Shown here: piece after piece, positions 12,439 through 21,314 of the stretch | Layout: every line of letters begins with the position of its first letter | Position numbering within the stretch: the first letter of the stretch is position 1 | NCBI GenBank assembly: GCA_041661605.1 | Contig: JBAZUE010000001.1 | Span: forward strand, 606,928-670,927 | DNA from: Candidatus Omnitrophota bacterium | GTDB lineage: Bacteria; Omnitrophota; Gorgyraeia; Gygaellales; Profunditerraquicolaceae | Length of the DNA: 64,000 nt | Reading direction: 5' to 3' | The notes under the pieces: model-generated | Seen by the model: only the letters and a program-made list of their open reading frames with translations | Told to the model about the DNA's origin: nothing | The model's database searches: none | Position numbers and translations under genes: made by a program

Positions 12439-13509
12439 TTATAAATTATCAACCACTTGCAAAAAAGCATCGACTATCTTTGGATCAAACTGTGTGCCGC
12501 TATTACACTTTATCTCCAGAATAGCCTCCTCCTTCAACAAGGGAACCTTCCTGTATGAACGCGCTGAACGCATAGCCTCATAAGAATCAGCTACGTGGAT
12601 TATGCGTGCGCCCAAAAGTATGTCCTCTCCTTTCCTGCCTTCCGGATAACCCGAGCCGTCATAATGTTCATGATGCTGCCTGACCAACTCTACTACGCCT
12701 CCTAAGAATGTAAGAGGCTCCAGAATCTGCGCGCCAATAGTAGGATGCTTTTTAATCTCTTCCCACTCCGAAGGAGTAAGCGCGGAAGACTTAAGCAAAA
12801 TGCTGTCCCCAATGCCTATTTTACCCAAATCATGGAGCTCACAAGCCTGACGGATCATTTCCACTTCTTTAGCCGGAAGTTTAAGGTGATTGGCAATAAC
12901 CACTGCGTACCTTGCTACAGTTTCCGAATGGCTATGCGTATAGTGGTCCCTTGCTTCGATTGCCTGCGCCAAAACCTTGATAGTGCGCATATATGTCGAA
13001 CGCAAATCCTCATAGAGCCTGCTTAAATTATTCGTAGAATCTTCTATCCTTTTTGCCAAAAGGGTGTTCTGTTTTTCTAAAGCCTTATTATTCTCCTTAA
13101 GCCCCTGCGCTATCTTGCGGCTTGCAGCTAATAACGTATGCAGTTTAATTCCTTTTTCCACGGCAAATTTCAATTTCTCTGCTTTGACCGGCCAACCTAA
13201 AGTCTCAAAAACCCCTATTTCAGCAAACTGATTGGCCTGCTCTTCTACCTCCACTTCAATTAAAACAATTATTACGCAATCAGGATCGATTTTTTTAAGA
13301 TCACTTATCGTAGAAAGAATATCCAGATCCGGGATGGCATATCTTATGATAACTAAATCACAAATATTATGTTCTAAGCTCACTACGCCAGCCTGAGAAG
13401 TAGTTTCCGTAATTAAGGCATAGTCTCCTATATTGGACAACTGTTCCTTGATCTCAATGGAATAAGACTTATCGTCGCAAATAAACAGTATCTTGCCTTG
13501 CACAACCAT
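12439..13509 (-). CDS. HD-GYP domain c-di-GMP phosphodiesterase with a degenerate (pseudo-)receiver domain
   Basis: The C-terminal half has HD (ELHDLGK) and HHEHYDGSGYP motifs (RpfG-type HD-GYP). The N-terminal 120 aa has the receiver fold pattern (ILFICDD...DLVIIRYAIPDLD...), but R56 replaces the phosphoacceptor Asp and W106-P107 replaces the conserved K-P. Confidence 0.85.
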   Translation of the reverse strand: MVVQGKILFICDDKSYSIEIKEQLSNIGDYALITETTSQAGVVSLEHNICDLVIIRYAIPDLDILSTISDLKKIDPDCVIIVLIEVEVEEQANQFAEIGVFETLGWPVKAEKLKFAVEKGIKLHTLLAASRKIAQGLKENNKALEKQNTLLAKRIEDSTNNLSRLYEDLRSTYMRTIKVLAQAIEARDHYTHSHSETVARYAVVIANHLKLPAKEVEMIRQACELHDLGKIGIGDSILLKSSALTPSEWEEIKKHPTIGAQILEPLTFLGGVVELVRQHHEHYDGSGYPEGRKGEDILLGARIIHVADSYEAMRSARSYRKVPLLKEEAILEIKCNSGTQFDPKIVDAFLQVVDNL

Positions 13510-13634
13510 GATTACTCCTCTAAAACTACCCTTCCTGTCTTATCAAAACCAACTAATTTGTTTTAATTTTATCGATAAACCCTTTATTTATAAGTATATC
13601 TCTTGCGCCATCATCAATCAAGGCTGTTTTGGCC

Positions 13635-14084
13635 CTATTCCTTATTCTTATAATATTTTTCAATCGCTCTCTTAATATCAGAAGAGGTAGAAACAAAGGC
13701 CTGCACACTGCAGCCGCTAAGAAGTTCCACGTCATCAATAGCCTGCATATTTAAGGGATTAGACATGGCCAACGTAAGATTGCTGCCGATTTTATCAATT
13801 GGCACGAGTAGATATTGCCGGGCCAGCCTGCTGGGGATAATACTGGTTATCTCCGGGCTTACATCATAATTACTTAAAGACAAATAGGGAAAACCATATT
13901 GCGCGGTAAGTGACTGGGCAATATCATCCTCTTTAACATACTCCAACTCAAGCAGAATCTCGCCGATCAGGCCGCCCTTATCCCGTTGCACACGCAAAGC
14001 CTGCTCCAGTTGATCCCGGCTGATAATCCCCTGATCAAGCAAAAGCTCACCCAATTGTTTATTATTAATCCTGCTGGCTGTCAT
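13635..14084 (-). CDS. Stand-alone T2SSE_N / MshEN-like domain protein (candidate c-di-GMP receptor)
   Basis: 149 aa. Residues 10-62 read QLGELLLDQGIISRDQLEQALRVQ-RDKGG-LIGEILLELEYVKEDDIAQSLTAQ. That is two 24-residue [R]LGxx(LVI)(LVI)xxG(LVI)(LVI)xxxx(LVI)xxx(LVI)xxQ-type motifs separated by 5 residues, as in MshEN. The rest resembles GspE/PilB N-terminal domains. Confidence 0.65.
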   Translation of the reverse strand: MTASRINNKQLGELLLDQGIISRDQLEQALRVQRDKGGLIGEILLELEYVKEDDIAQSLTAQYGFPYLSLSNYDVSPEITSIIPSRLARQYLLVPIDKIGSNLTLAMSNPLNMQAIDDVELLSGCSVQAFVSTSSDIKRAIEKYYKNKE

Positions 14085-14110
14085 AGATTTATTATTATTT
14101 TAGTATCCTG

Positions 14111-14139
14111 ATTATACCCCCTATCCGATTACATGACAA
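14111..14139 (-). promoter_or_regulatory. Candidate promoter of the MshEN-like/HD-GYP unit
   Basis: Minus strand reads TTGTCA-17 nt-TATAAT, 27 nt upstream of the ATG at 14084. Confidence 0.5.
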
Positions 14140-14147
14140 TAGATTTG

Positions 14148-15932
14148 TTATAAGGCAGAATCCCGGGATCTATTAAATTCCGTAATTAAATCTTCCTTAT
14201 CGATCCCCATATCAATAAAATCCCAAGGCAGCATTTCCGAAGTTGATTTTTCTCTAAGATATTTCTGCGGATCGACCCCTAGCTCAGAAAACGCTTCCTG
14301 CCACTTGGCGAACGAAAAGAAACCGGACCAAGCATCAAACCTTGCTCCTTTTCTATAAGCAGATAAGATAACTGCGCTCAATAACCTGTCTCCGCGGGAA
14401 AGCACGCCTTCTAAGAACCCCATCTCAATGTTATGAAAATTAAGCTTGATCCTTTTATTTTTGCAATGATCCCTTAAATAATTTTGTTTTTCTTTAACCG
14501 AATCAATACTTTCCATTTTCATCCACTGCAAAGGCGTATGCGGCTTGGGGATTAATGGGTTTATGCTGATATTGATTTGCGCTGCGCCCCCCTTAATTTT
14601 TTTCTTAAGCTCCGAGGCGGTTCTGGCGAAACTGATTATACCGTCTAGATCATCTTCTTTTTCTCCGGGCAGACCGATAAGAAAATATAATTTCAAATGC
14701 TGATAACCCGCGCAATATGCCTCTTCTATAGCCTTGAAGAAATCATCCTCCGAGAAATCTTTAGCCAACGCCTGACGCAGCCTCTCTGTCCCTGCTTCAG
14801 GAGCAAAGGTCAAGCCGGTTTTCTTTATTTTAGCGATTAGAGTAGACACATTCCCCAATAACGCCTTGGCTTTTAAAGAAGGAAGTGACAAATTGACCGC
14901 CCCATCTTTAAAACTAGAGGTCAAATCAGAAACCAGCTTTTCTAAACCAGGATAGTCGCTTACAGATAATCCTGCCAACGACAATTCCTCATAACCGCTT
15001 GAAGAATAAGCAAGATTTGCCAATGAAACCACCTTATCTTTACTTCTTATCCTCAAGGGATAATATTGGCTTCTCGCCTGGCAAAAACGGCAGCGATTAG
15101 GACATCCACGCATAATCTCTAAAGTAATCCGGTCATGAACCGTCTGCACGTAAGGGACCATCCAGTTGCAGGGAAAATAAGCAGAATCAAAATCATCTAC
15201 CACTCTCTTCTTGATCTTTAAAGGCGCGGTTTTCTTGGGGGATTGCATTTCCGGCCCAACAGGTATTGGCAAAAAAACAAGAAGCCTTCCAGCATCATCA
15301 TACTCAGGGGCATAAAGTGAAGGAACATAGACACCTTCTATCTGAGAAAACTCAGATAAAAGAGCAGCCTTTGATAGCCTGCCATTCTTATAATCATCTT
15401 TATGTTTACGGTATAGATTCAAGAGATCTACAACCGCCTCTTCAGCCTCCCCTATAATAAAAAGGTCGAAGAAATCAGCCATGGGTTCCGGGTTAAGCAC
15501 ACAAGGACCTCCTGCGATAACCAAAGGATAGTGATAATCACGTAATGATGACTGCAAGGGCAGGCCGGATAGCTCCAGGATACCTAAGACATTGGTATAG
15601 TTTAATTCCGAACCAAGGGAAAAACCCAAAATATCAAAAGAAATCAACTCCTGACTTGATTCCCAGGAAGCAAGACGTTTGTTGCTATTTTTTAAAACTG
15701 CCTCCATATCCGATTCCGGAGCAAAAAATCTTTCACAAACCACATCAGAGATATTATTTAAAACGCCATAAAGAATACGCAACCCCAGATTACTCATCCC
15801 TATCTCATATAAATCCGGAAAACCCAATGCAAAACTTAACGCGCATGAGCCAAAATCCTTTTTAGAGACATTCCACTCATTGCCCAAGTATTGCCCCGGA
15901 CGATGCACGCTCAATAAAATATCTTCGGACAT
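14148..15932 (-). CDS. Radical SAM protein with N-terminal B12-binding-like domain (TIGR03960-type, function unknown)
   Basis: CxxxCxxC cluster motif (GCPNRCRFCQA). The N-terminus (VHRPGQYLGNEWN) and overall length match the uncharacterised TIGR03960 family as I recall it. It starts 3 nt after the rodA stop. Confidence 0.75.
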   Translation of the reverse strand: MSEDILLSVHRPGQYLGNEWNVSKKDFGSCALSFALGFPDLYEIGMSNLGLRILYGVLNNISDVVCERFFAPESDMEAVLKNSNKRLASWESSQELISFDILGFSLGSELNYTNVLGILELSGLPLQSSLRDYHYPLVIAGGPCVLNPEPMADFFDLFIIGEAEEAVVDLLNLYRKHKDDYKNGRLSKAALLSEFSQIEGVYVPSLYAPEYDDAGRLLVFLPIPVGPEMQSPKKTAPLKIKKRVVDDFDSAYFPCNWMVPYVQTVHDRITLEIMRGCPNRCRFCQARSQYYPLRIRSKDKVVSLANLAYSSSGYEELSLAGLSVSDYPGLEKLVSDLTSSFKDGAVNLSLPSLKAKALLGNVSTLIAKIKKTGLTFAPEAGTERLRQALAKDFSEDDFFKAIEEAYCAGYQHLKLYFLIGLPGEKEDDLDGIISFARTASELKKKIKGGAAQINISINPLIPKPHTPLQWMKMESIDSVKEKQNYLRDHCKNKRIKLNFHNIEMGFLEGVLSRGDRLLSAVILSAYRKGARFDAWSGFFSFAKWQEAFSELGVDPQKYLREKSTSEMLPWDFIDMGIDKEDLITEFNRSRDSAL

Positions 15933-15935
15933 AAC

Positions 15936-17039
15936 TTAAAATACGCTCCTGGTTCGGTCAATGTTTACTAAAATACCTAACGCGATAAAAGTAACCAACA
16001 CGCTTGAACCGCCATAACTCATTAATGGCAAGGGCAGGCCAACCACCGGGGCCAAACCCATGTTCATAGCGATATTAATAGACACCTGTAATGCTAATAA
16101 AAGCGATATACCATAAGCAAGCAGCCGCCCGAAAGAATCCTGCGTCCTTTGAGCTATAATAAAACCTTGACGGATAATTAAATAATACATGATCAGAAGC
16201 AAGCTGCTGCCCAAGAGGCCCCACTGCTCAGAAAAAGTGGCAAAGACAAAATCCGTATGTGACTCCGGTAAAAAGAATAACTGGCTCTGGGTGCCGGAGA
16301 GCCAACCTTTGCCTAATAACCCTCCGGAACCTATTGCTATTCGTGATTGGATTACCGTATAACCTGCCCCTAAGGGATCGATGTTTGGATTCAAGAAAAC
16401 AAGCAGCCTCTGTTTCTGATAATCACGCAAGAAATGCCAAAAGAAAGGCAAAGGCAGCATCAGAATAAACATTAATATAAGAATATATTTTAGCCGTACA
16501 TTAGTTAAATACAGCAGGAAAACAAAAACCAAAAGCAGCATCAATCCGCTGCCTAAGTCCGGCTGCTCAATAATCAGGAACATCGGTATGGCTACAAAGA
16601 TAAAAGGCAGGATTATGCCCTTGAAGATCCCGAATTTAGCGGATGAAAGCGATATATCATCCACTGATTTACGGCTGAAATACTTCGCCAAGAATATTAT
16701 CACCGCCAGCTTAGCAAACTCCGAAGGCTGAAAGTTGAACCAGGCAAATCTCAGCCAGCGCTGCGCTCCAAGCCGGATAATCCCCAAAGCAAATACCAGG
16801 AAAAGAAAGAATATAGCCACCCCATAAATAAAATAATTAAAATCCCAAAGCCTGCGATAGCTGATTTGAGACATAATAAAAAAACAGGCTAATCCGATTA
16901 TTAACCAAAGCATCTGCCGTTTATGGATATCCTGCCAGGCAGTGCCTTCTTTTTGATAGGTACTGCTATAAATAGATAAAACCCCTAAACTGGAAATAAT
17001 CAATGCCAGGATCAGAATTCTAAAAAATGAATTTCTCAT
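15936..17039 (-). CDS. rodA: SEDS peptidoglycan glycosyltransferase RodA
   Basis: Polytopic FtsW/RodA family sequence (QPSEFAKL, PESHTDF, LPLMSYGGSS). It overlaps mrdA by 4 nt inside the mre operon. Confidence 0.88.
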   Translation of the reverse strand: MRNSFFRILILALIISSLGVLSIYSSTYQKEGTAWQDIHKRQMLWLIIGLACFFIMSQISYRRLWDFNYFIYGVAIFFLFLVFALGIIRLGAQRWLRFAWFNFQPSEFAKLAVIIFLAKYFSRKSVDDISLSSAKFGIFKGIILPFIFVAIPMFLIIEQPDLGSGLMLLLVFVFLLYLTNVRLKYILILMFILMLPLPFFWHFLRDYQKQRLLVFLNPNIDPLGAGYTVIQSRIAIGSGGLLGKGWLSGTQSQLFFLPESHTDFVFATFSEQWGLLGSSLLLIMYYLIIRQGFIIAQRTQDSFGRLLAYGISLLLALQVSINIAMNMGLAPVVGLPLPLMSYGGSSVLVTFIALGILVNIDRTRSVF

Positions 17040-18751
17040 ATTAGCCCCTGCTTATCCATTGCCTCTATAACTTGCTTGGCGACAACGCTGGCAGCATGCC
17101 CCGCCCCGCCGTTTTCCAACAAAACACAAATTACATATTTTGGGTTATCGTATGGAAAAAACCCGGCAAACCAGGCATGGGTTGCTCCGTGCGATACCTG
17201 GGCAGTACCGGTTTTTCCGGCGACCTTAACACCAAGCCCTGATAAAACATTTCCCGTGCCCTTGGAGTCAGAAACCACTAAGCGCAGGCCGCGGCGGATA
17301 GTTTCAAAAGTACTCTTCTTAAAATCTAACCGGGTTAATTTTTTCTTCTTAGCCGCAAGATCCAAATTCCCCACTGCTTTAATAATATACGGGTTAGGCA
17401 AATATCCGCCATTAGCAAAAACAGCCATCATGTTAGCCGCTTGCAAAGGAGTAACCAGGCAATCGCCCTGTCCGATACTTAAATTAGCGGTATCGCCATC
17501 AAACCATTGCTGAAATTTATTGATCTTCCTCCATAAAGGCGAGGGGATAAAACCAGCAGTCTCATAAGGAAGTTCAAAGCCTAAAGCTTTACCAAATCCC
17601 AGCTTCAAAGCATAATCATGGATATTTTGAGCACCCAATAGTAAACCTGTTTTATAAAAGAATATATCACATGAGTGGGCAATTGCCGAAACAATATCCT
17701 GCTCCCCATGCACATCCCAACAAGAGAATTTCCTGGCTCCTATCATTGTCGAGCCCCGGCAGAGAAAGCTGGTAGAAAGATTTATCTTTTTTAATTCCAG
17801 CCCTGCGCTGGCTGTAACTAATTTGAAAACAGAAGCAAGCGGATAGCTTGATGAGATTGCCCGGTTGATTAGCGGAGAATCCGGATCATTAAATAGTCCG
17901 GCAATAAGCCTGGTGCGCTTATTTACAAAAACCGCAGGGTTAAAATTAGGATAACTGGCTAATGCCAAAACTTGACCGCTTTGAGGATCCATCAAGATTA
18001 TACTGCCCTTGCGGCCGGAAAGATTTTCTTCTGCGATCTTCTGGATATTAAGATCCAGAGTCAGCTGGACATCTTTACCATTACTCGGGGGTTCAAAACC
18101 CAAAACTCGCATAAATTTACCCCGATGGTTTACCTCGACAGACAACCCCCCCTCTTCCTGGCGTAAATAATAATCATATTTTTCTTCAACCCCACCAAAA
18201 CCAACAATATCTTTAGTTTTATATCCGTAATCCTCCAGCTTGGTCAAGCGCCAGCGGTCAATCTCATTTACGTAACCAATAACATGAGAAGCTAATGCAC
18301 CGTAAGGGTAATGCCGCAAAGGCCTGGGCTGGATAATAATACTGGGCTCCTCCTGCTTATATTCCCCTAATAAAATTGCCTTTTCAAGATCAATGTTGCT
18401 GGCGACAGTAACCGGGATACTTGAAGAAAAATAATTCCTTCTGAAAACAGCCTTTAATTCTTTAACCTCGGTCCCTAATATCCGGCTGACCCCGCCAAGA
18501 ATACGATCGAGCTGTCCTAATTCTTGGGGCAATATCAAAACGTCATAAGAAATCTTATTATCCACTATAATTTCGCCGTTACGGTCCAGGATATTACCCC
18601 TGGCGCCAGATTGCGCTATCAAACGGATACAATTACTATCGCTGAGCCTGCGAAACTTGGCTCCCTGCAATAAATCAAGGTTCAATAACCCGGCAAGTAG
18701 AGCGACGAACATTAAAATAACCAGAAAATTTAATATATGCTTTCTCACCAT
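17036..18751 (-). CDS. mrdA: Penicillin-binding protein 2 (elongasome transpeptidase)
   Basis: N-terminal TM, PBP dimerisation domain, and transpeptidase motifs (SVFK, KTGTAQ). It lies between mreD and rodA. Confidence 0.88.
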   Translation of the reverse strand: MVRKHILNFLVILMFVALLAGLLNLDLLQGAKFRRLSDSNCIRLIAQSGARGNILDRNGEIIVDNKISYDVLILPQELGQLDRILGGVSRILGTEVKELKAVFRRNYFSSSIPVTVASNIDLEKAILLGEYKQEEPSIIIQPRPLRHYPYGALASHVIGYVNEIDRWRLTKLEDYGYKTKDIVGFGGVEEKYDYYLRQEEGGLSVEVNHRGKFMRVLGFEPPSNGKDVQLTLDLNIQKIAEENLSGRKGSIILMDPQSGQVLALASYPNFNPAVFVNKRTRLIAGLFNDPDSPLINRAISSSYPLASVFKLVTASAGLELKKINLSTSFLCRGSTMIGARKFSCWDVHGEQDIVSAIAHSCDIFFYKTGLLLGAQNIHDYALKLGFGKALGFELPYETAGFIPSPLWRKINKFQQWFDGDTANLSIGQGDCLVTPLQAANMMAVFANGGYLPNPYIIKAVGNLDLAAKKKKLTRLDFKKSTFETIRRGLRLVVSDSKGTGNVLSGLGVKVAGKTGTAQVSHGATHAWFAGFFPYDNPKYVICVLLENGGAGHAASVVAKQVIEAMDKQGLI

Positions 18752-18759
18752 AGGGAATA

Positions 18760-19233
18760 TTATCCGGATATCTTTTTGGTAAGCTTAAAGACCAAAGGAG
18801 ATAACGCCGTTGTATAAACAGAAGGAATAATCAGATTACGTAAAAAAATACCAGCCGGGATAAAACTACCAGAACTCAAACTCTGCATGCCGATAACGGC
18901 ATTATTCAATAAGGCTATAATTAAAATTATAACTAAACGGACATAATTATTTTCAGTAGAAATCTGAGATGACAGGCGAAAGGTCAAATAACTCCATACG
19001 GCAAAAGAAGCCGTATTTATTGCCAAAGTTGAAGGCAGGAATGCGTCCTTAAGCAACCCGGCTAAAATTCCAGCTATCAACGCAATCTTAAAATTGAAAT
19101 AAAAAACCAAAGAGACGGCAAAGATCAAAAGAAGATCAGGATTAGCGTTAAAGAATCTTAAGGACGCCGGCCAGATTAATTGTAAAGTAGCCAGGGCAAT
19201 TAAAGTAAATAAAATCAACAGCCAATTTTTCAT
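18760..19233 (-). CDS. mreD: Rod shape-determining protein MreD
   Basis: 157-aa polytopic membrane protein immediately after mreC, with a 4-nt overlap. Confidence 0.7.
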   Translation of the reverse strand: MKNWLLILFTLIALATLQLIWPASLRFFNANPDLLLIFAVSLVFYFNFKIALIAGILAGLLKDAFLPSTLAINTASFAVWSYLTFRLSSQISTENNYVRLVIILIIALLNNAVIGMQSLSSGSFIPAGIFLRNLIIPSVYTTALSPLVFKLTKKISG

Positions 19234-20003
19234 GGGACAATAACGAACACCTCTTCAATGCTGGAAAGCTCAACTGCAGGCTTAACTACGGCATAACGGC
19301 TAAGCCCGGAGAACTCTTTTCCTATGTTTATCACCTTTCCCACAAGCAATCCTTTAGGGTAAACCTGGCTTAATTCAGAAGTGATAATTATATCTCCCGC
19401 CGAAATCTGCGCCTCAGGCGGAAGATAACGCATAATTAAATTTGCGCCCAGAGACCCGCTGACTAATCCTTCCTGACGGCTGCGCTGCACAATACTGGAG
19501 ATCCCCTGGCTGGGGTCATTAATCAACAATATCTTACTATTATTCTCAGAACTTTCTATCACTCTGCCAACCAACCCCAGATTATTAATCGCTACCATCC
19601 CGGGCCTTACGCCATTATATCTGCCCTTATCAATAATCACACTGGAAGACCAGCTGTCAGGAGAACGGGCAATCACCCTGGCAGGAATCAGCCGCAAAGG
19701 AGATTTCTGCTTGAAACCAAGAAGATTTTTAAGGCGGATATTTTCCTGCCCCACTTCCCGCAAGTCAAATAAGTTTCGACGCAGATTTTCTGCATCATTC
19801 TTGAGCCTGTCAAACTCAACCATATTACGATGATAGAAAATAATCCCCGTGCATTCACGTTTAAGTAAACTGATTAAACTAAGATGAGGATTAAATGTTT
19901 TTTGAGCTGAATTTTTGAAGAATGGTGAGAAAATAGAAATCAGAACAACTGCGCAGGCAATAAGGACAAAATTGATTATGGTTTTGCGGGATAGCTTAAA
20001 CAC
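19230..20003 (-). CDS. mreC: Rod shape-determining protein MreC
   Basis: N-terminal TM, a coiled-coil segment (ENLRRNL..ENIRLKNLL), and a C-terminal beta domain (GLVGRVIE..., GDIIITS, PKGLLVGKV). GTG start with no obvious SD. Confidence 0.85.
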   Translation of the reverse strand: MFKLSRKTIINFVLIACAVVLISIFSPFFKNSAQKTFNPHLSLISLLKRECTGIIFYHRNMVEFDRLKNDAENLRRNLFDLREVGQENIRLKNLLGFKQKSPLRLIPARVIARSPDSWSSSVIIDKGRYNGVRPGMVAINNLGLVGRVIESSENNSKILLINDPSQGISSIVQRSRQEGLVSGSLGANLIMRYLPPEAQISAGDIIITSELSQVYPKGLLVGKVINIGKEFSGLSRYAVVKPAVELSSIEEVFVIVP

Positions 20004-20033
20004 ATTTAATTAACAACAACGGTTGGCTCTAAT

Positions 20034-20167
20034 GCACCCGAGCTAATGGTCTCACCCAACGCTAATATGAATTGCGTTGGTGTGACCTCGCGGCCAATTA
20101 CGCCAGTGTCCGCCCGGTGGCTTACACCCGACGCTTAACGGTGTTACGTCGGTGTCCGCCCGGTGGC
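20034..20167. repeat. Cluster of GC-rich hairpin repeats (REP-like) in the mreB-mreC spacer
   Basis: Hairpin at 20053-20084: CACC-CAACGC-TAATATGAATT-GCGTTG-GTGTG. Hairpin at 20124-20155: ACACC-CGACG-...-CGTCG-GTGT. A 16-nt direct repeat GTGTCCGCCCGGTGGC occurs at 20106-20121 and 20152-20167. A related inverted copy lies at 56343-56404. Confidence 0.7.
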
Positions 20168-20171
20168 GGAA

Positions 20172-21245
20172 TTAACTGCGCGTTTCAGTCTTAACTGAAA
20201 CAGTTACTTTCTTAAGGTATTGAATTTCACTAAGCACCCGGCCAGTACCGTTTGCAACCGCGGTAACCGGATCATCAGTTATATGAACAGGCAGGCCAGT
20301 CTCTTCTGAAATCAGTTTATCTAACCCTCTCAATAACGAACCGCCACCGGCCATTACAATACCATGCTCAATAAGATCAGCGGCTAACTCCGGAGGAGTC
20401 CTCTCTAATGATATTTTTGTAACCTCCACTATGGCGCGCAAAGGCTCCTGTAAAGATTCACGGATCTCTTCGCTGGTAATGGTTACGATCTTAGGCAATC
20501 CCGCTACCAGATCCCTGCCCTTAACCTCCATACTCATCTCTTCTTCCAAAGGATAAGCAGAACCAATTTTAATTTTAATATCCTCGGCTGTACGTTCACC
20601 GACCAAAAGATTGTAAGTTTTTTTGAGATATTCTATAACCGCCTCATTCATTTCATCACCGCCAATGCGGATAGATTTTGAAAAGACTGTACCTGCAAGC
20701 GAGATTACCGCGATCTCCGTAGTCCCGCCGCCTATATCAATGATCATATTACCCACCGGCTCCTGAATAGGCAGACCCACTCCTATAGCTGCGGCGATAG
20801 GTTCTTCAATCAAGAAAACCTCTCTGGCTCCGGCGCGCTCCGCTGAATCTTTCACAGCCCTCTTCTCTACTTCAGTTATCCCGGAAGGTATGGCGATAAC
20901 AATTCTCGGCCTGACTAAAACCCTGCGGTGATGCACCTTCTTAATAAAATACCGGAGCATGGCTTCGGTAATTTCAAAGTCAGAAATAACCCCGTCCTTC
21001 ATAGGTCTTATAGCGATGATATTTCCGGGAGTACGCCCAAGCATACGTTTAGCCTCTTCGCCTACAGCTAAAACATGTGAAGTCCCCCGTTCAATAGCTA
21101 CAACTGAAGGTTCACAAAGGACCACCCCTTCACCCTTAACAAAAACCAGGGTCGTAGCTGTCCCAAGGTCAATCCCCATATCATTGGAAAAAAGCCCCAA
21201 AACAAAATTAACTGCTCTTTTTAACTGTTGGCCGATTTTTACCAT
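20172..21245 (-). CDS. mreB: Rod shape-determining actin homologue MreB
   Basis: Strong MreB sequence: [36 protein letters not shown]. Confidence 0.95.
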   Translation of the reverse strand: MVKIGQQLKRAVNFVLGLFSNDMGIDLGTATTLVFVKGEGVVLCEPSVVAIERGTSHVLAVGEEAKRMLGRTPGNIIAIRPMKDGVISDFEITEAMLRYFIKKVHHRRVLVRPRIVIAIPSGITEVEKRAVKDSAERAGAREVFLIEEPIAAAIGVGLPIQEPVGNMIIDIGGGTTEIAVISLAGTVFSKSIRIGGDEMNEAVIEYLKKTYNLLVGERTAEDIKIKIGSAYPLEEEMSMEVKGRDLVAGLPKIVTITSEEIRESLQEPLRAIVEVTKISLERTPPELAADLIEHGIVMAGGGSLLRGLDKLISEETGLPVHITDDPVTAVANGTGRVLSEIQYLKKVTVSVKTETRS

Positions 21246-21276
21246 ACAATCTCCTAAGAATTAAGATAATTAAGTG

Positions 21277-21305
21277 ATTTTAACAGAGTTTAAACCCCCT
21301 GTCAA
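21277..21305 (-). promoter_or_regulatory. Candidate mreB operon promoter
   Basis: Minus strand reads TTGACA-17 nt-TAAAAT. A GGAG RBS follows before the ATG at 21245. Confidence 0.55.
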
Positions 21306-21314
21306 ATAATATGT

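Noticed and set aside
13553-13738. A 61-aa minus-strand ORF overlapping the 3' end of the MshEN-like gene, plus a 60-aa plus-strand ORF at 13493-13675.
   Set aside because: They are in an alternative frame or antisense to a well-supported gene and the intergenic spacer. They have no RBS and no recognisable features.
20106-20167. The 16-nt direct repeat GTGTCCGCCCGGTGGC as a possible mini-CRISPR.
   Set aside because: There are only two copies separated by 30 nt, they are embedded in hairpin repeats, and there are no cas genes. This fits a REP-like element, not a CRISPR array.
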